Below are positions 51,550-64,000 of a DNA stretch of 64,000 bases, piece by piece. Both the position numbers and the translations under genes were made by a program. Positions within the stretch are counted from its first letter, which is position 1. The number at the start of each line of letters is the position of its first letter. The stretch covers positions 90,210,001-90,274,000 of the forward strand of contig CM060731.1 in assembly GCA_030704615.1 (NCBI GenBank), written 5' to 3'. The notes under the pieces were generated by a model. That model saw only the letters and a program-made list of their open reading frames with translations. It was not told where the DNA came from and did not search any database. The stretch is from Takakia lepidozioides. Taxonomy: Eukaryota > Plantae > Bryophyta.

Positions 51550-52588
51550 AGAGATGAAGAGAAGCTTTGGAATGAGACACTTTTCTGACCCCAGTCAATG
51601 GTGGGACAATGTGGGTGGATGGTCAACTGGAAACAGCAGCGGCAACAGCGCAATTGATAGAGCAAGGCACTACTGATGAAGGTACCTTCTTCAACACATT
51701 TCAGCCTGAGGGCACCTTCTGCTTTGACCTGTTTCAGCCTGTTTTTCCCTCTCATCAGACTCAGCCCTGAAGCATATGTATTGAATTCTGTAAGTTAGCT
51801 CGTTGGGTGGATCTGCGGTGCTCTGGAGTGACTTTGCAAGTTACTGCCGAGGTGGCAGCATGAAAATACCTCAAAAAAGATAACAGAGATGGAGAGAAGC
51901 TTTCAAGGGATGAATACTTTTCTGACCCCAGTCAGTGGTGGGACAATGTAGGAGATGGTCAACTGGAAATAGCAGCGGCAGCAGCGCAATTGATAGAACA
52001 AGGGACTGCTAATGAAGGTACCTTCTTCAACACATTTCAGCCTGTTTTTCCCTGTTATCAGAGTTGTCCCTAAATTTCCAGATGGCCGGATTCCAAGCTC
52101 CATATTACCTATGATTCCATGTGGAAGGATAGGTACAAGAAACCTGCATGGGTAGATGGTCAACTGGAACCCACTGTAGCAGCTGCAGAGGCATGATGTA
52201 CGCATTGTTAGTGTGGAGGGAGGGGTAGTTGTTGATGCAGGGAGAGGATCGTGGGTGCAAAATCATCCAAGAGGGCCAGATTTGGAGCAAGGAACAGTGC
52301 TGGCAGGAGTTCTATAAATATGATCCACAGCGGTGGGACAATATTGTCAACAAGGTGAGCTTTCTTCATGCAACATCGTAGGGAGTTTGACAGAACTTTG
52401 CTCAAACTCATCAATCAGGTACTTGCTTCTGTACACATTTCATCCTCTTATCAACGTAGTCCCTGCTTGGACAGCCTATAGGACTGTATAAAACAGGACT
52501 TTGGAACCTTCCAACCCGGGTGCTTTGTTATTGGTCTATCAAGGTCTGATTTGAAATGTTTTCATTGCATTTTGCAGGTGAACTCATC

Positions 52589-54017
52589 ATGGAAGAAGAG
52601 TTGGAAGTAAAAGTCATGCTCGTTGGAGGAGATGCATCACCAAACAGGCTTGGTTCTGTTCTCACTATGCAAGGTGTCACATACAAATGCATCCGAGCAG
52701 AAATTCTAGGTGATGAGCTTGTCTCAGGAAAATTTCATTTCCTTTCCATGGGGGGTAGTGTCCTTTCAGCCAAGCAGGAAGAGAGGATGGTTCTGAAAGG
52801 GGATACTGTACACATTAAGATTTCAGACCAAAATGATGGGGACCAAGGATTGAAAAGACCTCTATCTTCCAGTGGTTCTACGATCTTGCATGAGGACAGA
52901 CCAGGCGAGGACCCGGCACCAGTGTCTAAAAAGATGAGGATGGACCCTGATACACCCTTTGCTGGCGATGGTGGAAATGAAGACCATACACATGAGCATG
53001 CACTTCAGCAGAGATATGGTAGATTGTGCAGCATCCAGCGATATTCAAAAATGGCAGAAAGAGATTAGAGCCATTGAAAGGAAAATCTTTGTAGAAGGAC
53101 GATGTGACAAGTTTGAGCTCATGACAAAGGAACAAGGACAAGCAATGTTCCACATATGGTGTGTTGAGTGTGAGGATGTTTATGCACGGTCTGGGAAAAA
53201 TAAACCATATGATGCATGTGCAAACTTTATGAGATCTCATTTGAGGAGTGAGGGGCATCGCATAGCCTATGAGAGGCGTCATGGGAAGGGTTCATCACAA
53301 TGTGTCATCAGCCCTATAAATGCAGATGAAGCATTAGATGCAAAGAAGAACAGGGTGAAGGAGACATTAGAGGAAGTCGCTCGGTTTTGTGAGGACAATC
53401 TTGGAAACAGATTTGAGATTGTGGAAGCCACAATTGGAGACTACTCGCAGTTGGGTTCCATAAGGATTAAGTGCGCACTTGATTCGAAGTGGCTACTCTT
53501 GTTTCCAAGGACAGGTTCTTTGCAATCTTCTTTGACAGAACATGTGAAAGGAAAAACTCATGTCGATGCAGAGATTTGCCAGAAGGTTGGAAGTAGTGAA
53601 GGATTGTGCAAAAAGAGAGGAAGGCCTCCAAAGCCTATGATTGCCAAAGATGTAAAGCAACGGGATCTAAGCTCTTTCTTGGTCAGTCAACCTGTGTTGC
53701 CGTCCCCACCACTTGACAATCCAATTGTGGCATCAACAATGGGAGCATCCTCGTCACAAACTCCATACACTTGTGTTGACGCTGCCCAATGGGCAGATCT
53801 GATTGAGGATTGACAATTACAGCGAAGGTCCCAATGCAACAAAGGAAGAGACACTTTGTGTTGGGGCCTATGGGATGAATGGTGGGAGTACAAGCGCAAG
53901 AGAATAAGTCTGAAACCATTCCTTCAAGATAGCAAGGGAGGAAAGAAGTGGTATGTTGAGCCGTTGACACATGCAACCATCACTCTAAACAATCAAGAGC
54001 ATAAGGTTGTTGGTACG
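52589..54017 (+). pseudogene. Zn-finger-containing ORF remnant, probably a DNA-transposon N-terminus, interrupted by an LTR
   Basis: IWCVEC..NFMRSHLRSEGH and IKCALD..LTEHVKGKTH (C2H2-like), plus KRGRPPK (AT-hook-like). Frameshifts near 53000 and 53810. Confidence 0.5.
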
Positions 54018-55003
54018 TGTCGAACGGCTTTTACTCACCCATCCCTTCGCTATCCGAGGTGGAAACTCCAAGATAGAAGAGTTGGATATCTCTAAGCACT
54101 CAGCCCGCTCATTACTATCAGTCATGACCTACAGCTAGTGAATCATGGTTGTGCTTCCCATTTGTATTCCTTCTTGCCTTCATGTTATCAATTTACCTTA
54201 TCTGATACTGAAGCATCAGATTGCTTCAGTATCTACTTAGTTCCAGTTAATCATGCATTCATTTCACAGCTTCATTCATGTATCTCTACACAGTGTGATT
54301 GTATCGAATAAGTATCAGATTATGATTTATCAGGTATCAGGCCAATGCCATGGTGACTCTAATCCGCCCTACAGTATCACTACAGCTCTGCATGTAATAA
54401 GCATCTACTGTTCATCTTCCTCCTTCTCTGTGCTTTCGTTCTTGCTCTCCGCCTGATCTCCTCTTCTCCATGACCCAGAAGCGCTCCCCGTGAAGCGTGT
54501 CCCCTTCTTTCCGTTGCCCCTCTCCTTATCTGCCCGCAAGCTATTCTAACCACCTAACTAATTAACCGTCATCCCTGAAGTAACACGTTCCTTCTGCAGA
54601 TGTCGTTCCCTCACAGTCGTTCCCTGCCAATGATAACTGTTCCCCATGTACTGTGACAGGCTGTGTCAAGCTGTGCTGAGCTGTGACTAGCTGTGACTGG
54701 CTGTGTCGGGCTGTGTCGGCTGTGCAAAGCTGTGGCGGGCTGTGTCGGGCTGTGACTGGCTGTGTTGGCTATGACGGGCTGTGCGAAACTGTGGCGGCTG
54801 TGACTGGCTGTGACGGGCTGTGCAAAGCTGTGGCGGGCTGTGTCGGGCTGTGACGGGCTGTGTAAAGCTGTGTCGGGCTGTGTAACCCCCCTAAAGCCTG
54901 CTGCTGCCACCCCTAAGGCTCATGTTGATCTCAGTCTGCGCAAAAATTAAGGGTACCCCACAGAACCTGTAAAAGCGTCTAAGTCCCAAGCAGCCTTCTA
55001 ACA
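54018..55003 (-). mobile_element. 3' LTR (986 bp) of a second copy of the same Gypsy family
   Basis: Reverse complement of 38031-38946 with a longer CACAGCC array. Preceded on the minus strand by the polypurine tract GAGAGGGGGGAGGGGTAAA (55004-55021). Confidence 0.9.
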
Positions 55004-55042
55004 TTTACCCCTCCCCCTCTCAAAAAACCGTGTCCTCATAGT

Positions 55043-58000
55043 TTACTGTTTGGGATTAGCAAACCTTTGTGAGCGAGCACCCTTCCGACGGTGAGAGTCT
55101 CGTGAAGGACTCCGTGTGCGTGCCCGAATCCTGTCACTGGTTGACGGAGATGATTGAGCACTACCTGGAAATGTCTGACCCTCCTTTGGCTGATAACGAG
55201 GTAACCTCTCAGGCATAGGAGATCCCCGTCGTTTCTTCTCTACCATCTGAAGTGCATAGTCCTCTGCCATGTCAAAAGAGTCCGCTGAAGAAACAGTAGT
55301 ATCAGAATCCTCGTCTCCCCTGAGGTGTTTTAACGGACGAACTTTAAGTGGAATCCTGTGTGGCATAAAATGTTGTCCAACCATATCTGGAAGTTTAAAT
55401 GTACAACTTGTTGTAAGCGCTGGCACGCAAAATTAGTGAACGTCCTGAACTCCTTATCTGTATAGGTAAGAGGTGTGCCAATGACTTGGGAACAGTGCAA
55501 GTATTTCCATGCCTCATGTCCCTTAAAGAAAATATCCTCAGGGCCGAATTTTTGTGTTGTCAAATTGTTCCAAGCCGAATGAAACCATGAACGAAGTTGG
55601 GAATCCTTCTGCATCATAACTTTTGCATCATATAGGTACATATGAGGTGGCACTGAAGGTAAGACCCAATGATCCCCACTGGAATAACTCATGAATCGCG
55701 ATTGCATCTTCTGCTGCTCAATGTGATAACGTGCTAGAAAACAAGCAGCATAGTATAATCCACAGCCCATGACAATACTTGATACCGCTTTGGTTTTGGT
55801 ATAAATGTACCTATGTACAACTTGGGAGGCAATAAATTCCTTCAACATGGTACCTGCTTCAGACCAGTACTGTTGCGCACCTCACTTCGGTAAGCTCTCC
55901 CCTCAAGTCATAGTTACTCGCTTGATGCGCGCGCCTAACTCCCAACCTGGCCGCCGGGCCAACTTGGAGCTCTGGCTGCTCACCGGGGCATAACGGTCCC
56001 CCCCTTTGATCTCCCAAAGAACCCTCCAACGATTTCGAACCAGCGGAATTCCCTTTGGTAGTTGGCAGTCCGGAACAGCTCCCCACTCTTTGGTCGCTTT
56101 CCGGCTCGCTCGCTTACTCACTAGTTTTTGGTCACCAATGGGCTTGCACCGTTCTTGGGGTTACTACTCCCTATATATACTTCTGTAGCTGTCCGCGGGG
56201 GTTTCACAAACAACCATGCCATTTTATGGCGAATCACCACGAACACCCTCGACTCCCGGTGATGAGTCGCGGTGAGTCTTGGCCCACCCACCTCGGCCCC
56301 TATGGACCGTGATGAGTCCCAAGACTCCCCACGACTCCCACCACGAGGTCTCCGCCCCAGGGTGAGTCCTATGCCACCCCCACTAGATCCCGCTAAGCTA
56401 CCACCACCCATTGTGGAGCCACCCCCACCGCAACCTGGTGTGCGGGGCTCCACCTAGTGAGCGCCTCTGCCTCCTTGAGTGCCTTGGGCACTCAAGGGTG
56501 CTTCAGCCCCCCATACCTATCGCTGTCACTGCCCCCACCACAGGGGCAGCCCCTTTTGTGTCCCGACCCCCTACCCTCAAGGCAAAGGGCCGCAAAAAGT
56601 ACCTCGCAAAGTGATGATCCTCAATGGGTCGATTGTTCGGTAGAACCTTAGTCCGAGTTGCCACCGGCAGCCAAATGCGCATGATCTGGTAGTAATGTGC
56701 CAATGACTGCGGAGGACTAAATTCCTTCCAAGCCAAATCCAACACAAGGGGAATTTGGTTGAAGGGCATAATCATAGCCCGACTGTACTTCCGTGCAGCA
56801 GGAGTCTTAGGGGGGTTAAAAGCAGCATCCCCCCATACCTCAGGCTGTGGTGTGGCTGTAGTAACAACAGGGTCAGCTACCTGCACAGCCACTTGTTGTG
56901 GTATTGGTACCACTGGCCCTTCTACCACTGGCATCTCCTGCACCCCTTGCGAAGAAGACTGAAAAATTAGAGTCCTGGCATGTAAATAAGTAGCCATCAG
57001 CTGCTCCTTAGGTACAAAGACTCTCTTGTCAATATTTGAACTCAAGTCATCCACCTGAGTCTGCAGGCCTTCTACATCATCTTGTAGCTCCGCTATTCTA
57101 CTATAGACATTGTCTATAGTAGTTGTGGCAATGTTCTGCACCTGCAGTCTAAGCTCATTCATCTCGCCCTGGGTGAGCTTCCGTGGTGCTTTGCCTTCCA
57201 TCGGCCCTTGTGCTAACCAGACCTGCATAAGGTGGTTATCCACCAAGTCGTGTGTGGTACCCCTGAGAGTCTGTTCCTCCGTGAGTCTGTACACATCTAA
57301 CTGTTGCTGTAAAGTCTCCATGCGCTTTGCATGAGGTTCAACCAAACTCGCATAGGCAGCAGCCAGATTATTGGCTTCCTTCCAAGCCTTGTTAGCCAGA
57401 AAGAGTTCATTTCTATTGACCATGACTGTTTGTTGCAACTCCAGGATGTACCTCTCTTGGTCAGCCTCAACCTGTCTGTATTGCTTGAAAGTATTCTCAT
57501 TGCGACAGATTGTATTCTTCATATCAACAATGAGTTTCGCCTGCTCGATTATCTCCGCCTCTGCCTTCATACATCTCTCCCCTTGTCTGGTAACTTCTAA
57601 TGCAGTTTGCTCAAGAGTAGTTGTGAGTGTAGCACATTGTATGGTCATCCTCTCATGTACTGCCTGCAATTCCGTATGTAGTGCATTCACTTCTTGCAAC
57701 TTGCCCTCATGCTTCACCTGCATTTGGTATAACTGTTGCTTATGTGCTTCATGCAACTGGTCCTGCTCGAGGCCGGCTTCAATCAGATGTCCTTTGGCCA
57801 ACTGCAAAGCAACCTTTGTCCAACTGCAAAGCAACCTTTGTGTCCTCTAACTCTTGCTGTAACTTGAGATTGACCTCCTCATCTACCTTGTTAGCACACT
57901 CTGTGGCAAGTCGAGCCTCAAACTCCTTCATGAGTTCCTCCCTCAAAGCTGCCAATTGGGTAGATGGAACATGAGATTTCACATAAGTGCCCAACAAATT

Positions 58001-59120
58001 AAGTGTTCTGCTTATGGAACTCATAAGCATGGCCTGCTGAGGGTCATCATGGTGAGCTTGCTGCTGTTCTTCCTGATCCTCGACAGTGTGATGCCTCACC
58101 AACCATTCAGGCCATTGCCCCACCAGATTTTCTTCCTGAACCACCTCATCCGCCACAGGTGCTGCAGTGTCTTGATATTCTACCCCTGGTACCTCCGTCA
58201 CAAGTGTGGGTATTACATGCACAGCAGGGTTTTCCTTAGACAACCGTTGCACCTCTGGAATCACTGATTCTCTTACCAAGCCAGAGTTTTCATAGAGAAG
58301 GTCACCCTTCTCAATTTCGGCCACAACCTGCTCTGTAGTGGGAATGTCCAACCTTTCTCCTTCCAGAGCAATTGGGGGGGAAGTCACAGCATGTAGTAAC
58401 TGTGGAACCTCCAAAACATCTGAGTCAATTGGTTGTGTTGGCTGTGGTATCGAATTGACTTCCTCTTCTCTCTCTGAAGGCCGTGCTTCCAATAATAATA
58501 GCTCTCTGTGCTGCTGTGCCCCATCCTCCACAAAAGCTTTGGAAACATTATTGTGCGGTTTCCATGAAGCCAGTGGATCCGCCACTATAGTCATACCCCG
58601 CCTCTGTCTCTTAGATTGGTGTTGCCCTGCCAGTCCACCCTCACTGTGTGAAGAGCCCTGCTCTTCAATTGCAGTGGTTTCTGCCTCAAACACTCTCATC
58701 TCCTTATGTTCCCGAGTATCAAGTATGCAAAAATCAAGAATTATTTGGGCAATGACTGGACTAGACACAATGATTGGAGACTTAGCAGCAGTGCCATGTA
58801 ACCTCTTTATCTCGTCCACCAGTCCATTGTACATTAACTCCGCCCAAGCGACATCCTCTCCCCTCAAAGCCTTCAGGATCTCCTCTGTTACCCACCTGCA
58901 ATTGCACCGACTTCCAGATCACAGCGAACAAGGGGGCATCGTACTGCCCTTGCAAGCATCTGTACTACGTGAACCTAAAGAGACTCCGGTATAATTCCAC
59001 AACTCATCACTTCATACATGCACCAGGGTTGAGCCCCCAAGAAGTGTACACTCTTCTGAATATGGATCCAGGGGACCAGTGGGCTTGGCTTGCGAGCCAC
59101 AAGACAATGTTACGCCCATC
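55043..59120 (-). pseudogene. Gypsy 3' extra ORFs (sense): a long coiled-coil protein (58867-56503, split by a 22-bp duplication) and smaller ORFs (55848-55043)
   Basis: ORFs of 362, 443, 172 and 127 aa upstream of the PPT. CCAACTGCAAAGCAACCTTTGT is duplicated at 57798-57841. Confidence 0.65.
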
Positions 59121-59199
59121 TTTTTCGGAATTTCAGTTATAGTAGAACTGTACTGCTGTAAGTACCTCTGACTTTGGCAACAGAAAAATTTGATTTATG

Positions 59200-59978
59200 T
59201 CTTGCCTACCAGTAATCTATTTTGCTCGAACTAAGATAATACAATGCCATTAACTTCTGTTTCCACGTGCTTGTATTTTTATTTTTTGAGGGGTTATTGT
59301 TTTTTTGCTCTCCCAAACTTTGCTTTCCTCATTCGACCCCCGGCAAAAAAATACGGCGCCGCATTTCCAAGTAACGTCGTAGGTACTGGTATTTACGACC
59401 TTCATCATAGTAAGATACTCGCACCGAGTCTCAGGACGCCGACCGTCGCCAACACCGAACCCCTCAAAAATCTCGCACGTGCGAGCCGTAATGCGACGCC
59501 GTATTTCCCAGTTGAGTCGCAAACCTTTCCCGCTGAATGCAGGAAGAAGAAAGAATTTTGAAGCATTGCAAACTCTTTTGTTGCATAAGGATCATACAAT
59601 CGCGGCAGAAGGATGAGCTTCATTCCAATGTTAGGGCATATAAAACCACGGAGTACTCTGTACAGGCCAGTATGCGACATTTTTTTGCTGTGGTATACTG
59701 GATTTGTCGTTGCACGGTTAGTCATTTCCATGAGCAGATCTAAAAAACCATGAGCGAAATTGTTACTGACGACATATCTTCGCCGCATTACAAGATCTGG
59801 AACTTCCAAAAACAACAATGTCAAATAAAAAACTATTATTGTAATATTTTTTAATCTGCCGCATTTCCAAATTTGGAGGAGTCCGCTCATGAAAACGGCG
59901 TGTCTTAGACTTCTTAGACTTCGGCTCACCGCTCATGCCTCATGGCTCATGGTTTCTGCTCATGAAATAGTAAACCTC
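59200..59978. mobile_element. Terminus of the element-A MULE family, inverted relative to 26195
   Basis: GCTCATGAAATAGTAAACCTC ending at 59978 matches the left TIR at 20/21 positions. GCTCATG repeats and GGCGCCGCATTTCC-type motifs lie inside. Confidence 0.75.
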
Positions 59979-62900
59979 AGCTGCGAGTGAATATTTTGGT
60001 AATCAATGACGCGGTGTTTGAGTAATAGAAACCCCATGGGGTTTGGGATGCGTGTGTATGGTTTGTATGATAGGGTATAGATAAAGACATACATGATTTC
60101 AGGGGTTGCAACATGTGAGCAGGTATTGAATAGGGATGGGTACTAGTCTGGAGGAGATGTAGATGTGAGGTTAACAACTTGTAGGAGTGCATTGAGGAGT
60201 ACTTTCTATGCACGGGTGTGCTGGGGGGTATATTGGGTAGTGGCGGGTTTATATTGGGCAGCAGCCAAAAGGGTGACATTTAGTACGCAGAGAGAGGGGG
60301 GTGAGCAGGATAATTTTTGGGAGGGGAAGAGTTGGCGATCAAGCGGATTGATTTTTCATACTTGGGTTTGTGGGTAGGGTGGGTTGGATATATTGCAGGC
60401 CAGCGGAGATGCAAAGCAAGCACAATATAGGGAGTATATTAAGAGACCATATAGAGCTTACCAATTTTTTGTCCCAAGAGATCACTTGGGGTACTTTAGA
60501 AAACAGTTTGTAGTCTAAAAAGAGCCCAAGAATGTGATGCTTGGTAGTCTATAAATAACCACAATGTCTGTTTTACAAGACATAAGACACAAGGAGGATT
60601 CATAAAATAAAAACAGGGCCGAGTCTTTTTAAGCAGATACAAGTCTGGAGTGGTATTCCAAGGCCTTAAAAACAGTTCTGCCAGGGTAGAAAGGTAATTC
60701 AAAAACCCTGTTTGCAATCCATCATATGAAATCAAAGTGAAATGAAGGCTTTGCAGAATGTGTGTTGTCTAGTAAGGCACAATAGTCCGTCTTAATAACC
60801 AGCCAAGAGGTTTCATTGTAGAGCCGAATTTCAGTGCAGCCAAGGTACTGACTGCTACATTATACCCGCATCGAAACATGAAAAAAACAGTAGATAAATC
60901 GGTAGATTTGTATTCCATGAAGTCTCATGTCTGCCCTACCTCCTGCCATGTAGATATGGTTGCAAGAAACCACAAACAAGGTAAGGAGCAGAAGTAGATC
61001 CTCATTGGAGCCAAGTTGAAGCAGGTCTGCATCCGTATGCTGGCCGTTTTGAAGCAGCAAGAGGCTCAGCAGCAGGCAACAGCAGCACCCACATTTGCAA
61101 GGACAGGAATTGCAAGCTTCAAGAAATCAAGACAAGTGAAGACCCTCATCTGTGCCCGTACCAAAAACCACCACATAAAGATGTGTGTTAGTGAGGATGC
61201 ATCAGGTGAGTGGCAGGTCTTCACAGTTGCTATCCATGTCAGTGTTGAATTCTAAAGCATGTACAGATCACAATTCAAGCAAGGATAAACTCAAAAAACC
61301 TTGAGTGTTTGTGGTATGCCCTGCGCCATGGCGTCCAATAGATCGTCTCCAACAGAACGCAATCAAAGTAGAAGTGTTCACAGATAGAGAATAGCTCATA
61401 CAAAAAAAGAGCCACATGTAATCTGTAGATAAATAGGGATAGAGTACTTCCCAACGAGGAGTAAAAGCGCCACTGCAAATTAAAAAGAACCATGAGGGTC
61501 TGAGCAAAGCGATCATCGCTTTGTCGCCTGCCAGAGAGGAATCTGCCTAACCGCCAATGCGCATCCCAAGAGCCAGCCATCACAAGTACCATGTAGCAGC
61601 TGGGGAGCAGATTTACACGGCGCATCATCAAGGATCCCTGAAGCACGAGTTCTGTGCTGTGAAATGTGTCGGCCCGCTTAGGGCACAACTCCCCGATTTC
61701 TCTGGACGAAAAGTCGCATTTTAGCACGAGATGCACTTTTTCAATGGATGACATCCAATAAAAAGGTATCTTTTAGGGTTAGGGTATAGGCTCAAGTTTA
61801 ATAACTGCCATCATTTATAATAAATGATGGTAAAATTACTATCTCTTGGATTAAAATAGGTCACCATTATTCATGTAGTTCATCCAGTTTAGATGAAAGA
61901 AACAAATGGTAAACCAAGCTTTCTGTACATTAAGTTTCATCATCCTACAATAATATCAGCCAAATTTGGATGAAAAAAGATTGGGATGAAAAACCAAATA
62001 ACCAGCCTCAAAAAGGTTAAGGCCAGATGAAATCCAAAGAGTTATAGAGGGAGAGGGAGAGAGGGAAGATATTCTTGTCATGTCAAGACATGGACAAGAC
62101 CCACTAGGGTCATTGTCAATTAAAGACATAAACAACCCAAAACAGGGCACCATCTAACATTTCCATTCTTGTCATAGCTTCCCATGAATTGACATCACCC
62201 AATCAGTCATGATAAAACAGGGTGGGAGGGCGGGGTTTGTTCATGTAGGGGATGCAAGCATCTTGAACACCCGTGATCCGGCCATCTTGGCAAATGAATC
62301 ATGTGTTCATGTGTGGGACAAGATAAGATATTGCTACCCCTGTGCAGGTTGCAAGGCCTCTTGGTTCAGCCTGCACACATACCTTACCAGCTTGTCATGT
62401 ATTGAAGGAGCATAAAAATGTTGAGGTCATGCAAAGGGCAAGGTACCATGGTCCAGCCTGCCCTATTACCATTTCAAGACATGTTTTCACACATACATCT
62501 TGGATATGACCCACAAGTTGCAGTATCTTACCTTTTCAGCCATTAATTATGGCAGGTCATGCATCAGCCAAGGCATAAGGACCAGCTTGGAATTTGTCAG
62601 AATCACAATATGCCACCAAGTAGTCCTACTTGGGCATGATGAAATAAATTCCATATCATTTGTATTCACCCCGAGACATGTGATCATACAAGGTGTCAAG
62701 GGAATGTGAACTCAGCCTGTCAAATTGCAGGTTCAAGACTTGTACATACAAGCAGCTTGAACAGCCGAGATCTAGCCTCTTTTGCATATAAAAAACCAGA
62801 TTGCAGGTCATAGGCCTGATGTCATGACAAAGCCAAAACTATAGGTAGGATCCCATTGCAACTTACCATCCTCATCCTTCAAGAGTTCCATGCTAAAGCA

Positions 62901-64000
62901 TGCAAAGAACACCACATTGTGATCTAGTACTCAACAGAAACAGGCCCGAAAAGGAGCAGGTTGGTGCCTTATCAGGCTGCTGCCATACCCTTCAAGGCCA
63001 CCATGTCCATAGAGACCCAAAACCGCCAAAAACATACCACCTAAAACCAAATCCTCTTTGGCCAAAAGAACTTACAACCTAGCTCAATAATCCACAGGCC
63101 CTGCTGTCAAAGATCAAGAGGTAGGGTATGGTTTGTATGCAAGCCTCAGGAGACAAGCCAGTCAGGCCGAGCTGCGCATCGACGGTAGAACGACAAAGGC
63201 CAAAAACCAGGCAGTAGCATGCCAAACCAGGAGCAGTCGGGTTGAAATCGGGGCTGCAGGCAGCAGCCACCTCACAGCGCAAAAACCCACAGGTCTTCTC
63301 AGCCCATATCCCAATTTGCATGCTCAAGAAGCTTCAAAGTAGGTGAGGATCCTCACTTGGTCCCATCACAAGCCCCCACAAAAACCAACATGTTAGTGAG
63401 GATTGTGGAACCCCAGGTGAATCACAGACCCTCACACTTGTCATCGATGTCAACTAAAAAACTCAAAAGCAAGAGAAAGAGATAAGAACATGAGAATCCC
63501 TAAACTCCAAAGGCACCTTAAGCGATTGGAGAAGAGGGTTATGCGCCATCACCACCCGCAGCAAACCGCCTCCACAAAGCACATAAGCAATGAAGTAAAG
63601 CAGGCACAATCGCAAGGCACTAGAAAGGAGGGAGAGAACTTCCCATCATAAGCATCCTTGCTAAGCACAGAAAAAGCCAGAGAAGGGAAGATGCCACTGC
63701 ATTCATAGCAGTGTTTCCCGCTGCAAGAGAGACAAGGCGCCGCCTTCGCGCCCCCCCAAGGCGCTCATCCAGCATGGGTACGACACCACAAACGGGGCAG
63801 CCACCGAAGCACGTCCGCCATAACACTCTCCTCGCGAGCTCAGAAGCACGTCGCGTGCTTCTGACAGCGGGAGAGACGACACAGGGTTGTCCCCCAATTA
63901 TTCATCTGTGGATGAAAAATAGTAGGGCACATCCGTATACCCTGACGGATTTCATCCGCAACAAGGTTAAAAATAGGTTTTGGGGTAGGGGTTAGGGTTT

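Noticed and set aside
38031-55003. One intact LTR retrotransposon bounded by the two LTRs
   Set aside because: The LTRs are inverted, both have internal sequence on their right, and the flanks (GATGT vs GTACG) are not a TSD.
60000-64000. Host gene or telomere at the window end
   Set aside because: Only stop-ridden exon-like pieces and TTCATCC/GGATGAA motifs (probably an old TE). TTAGGG-like hits are 1-3 degenerate units.

Overview
Eukaryotic, intron-containing, transposon-dense DNA. The TE families and gene structures suggest a non-seed land plant (bryophyte-like); this is inference. Host genes: a small two-exon RNase HI gene (+, 5601-6219), a complete 8-exon NECAP gene (-, 7651-21086) whose 9.3-kb intron holds two tandem LINEs, and a broken SpoU/TrmL-type tRNA methyltransferase remnant (-, ~22.6-24.1 kb). 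The rest is nested TEs: Ty3/Gypsy pieces (gag at 0.1-1.3 kb, two inverted LTRs of one family, a pol, long extra ORFs), a pogo-like fragment, LINE fragments and several Mutator-like (MULE) elements. The most notable feature is a ~10.1-kb TIR-bounded MULE (26195-36336). It carries an apparently intact spliced GCM-like/DDE/SWIM transposase and, divergently, a spliced gene for a circularly permuted (beta-class) N4-cytosine/N6-adenine DNA methyltransferase-like protein, decayed in this copy. The two genes are separated by a ~2-kb hub built from dozens of GGAAATTCGGCGCCGAATTTCC palindromes. This suggests a transposon-encoded DNA-marking or anti-silencing module. Everything was read by eye; no database searches were run.
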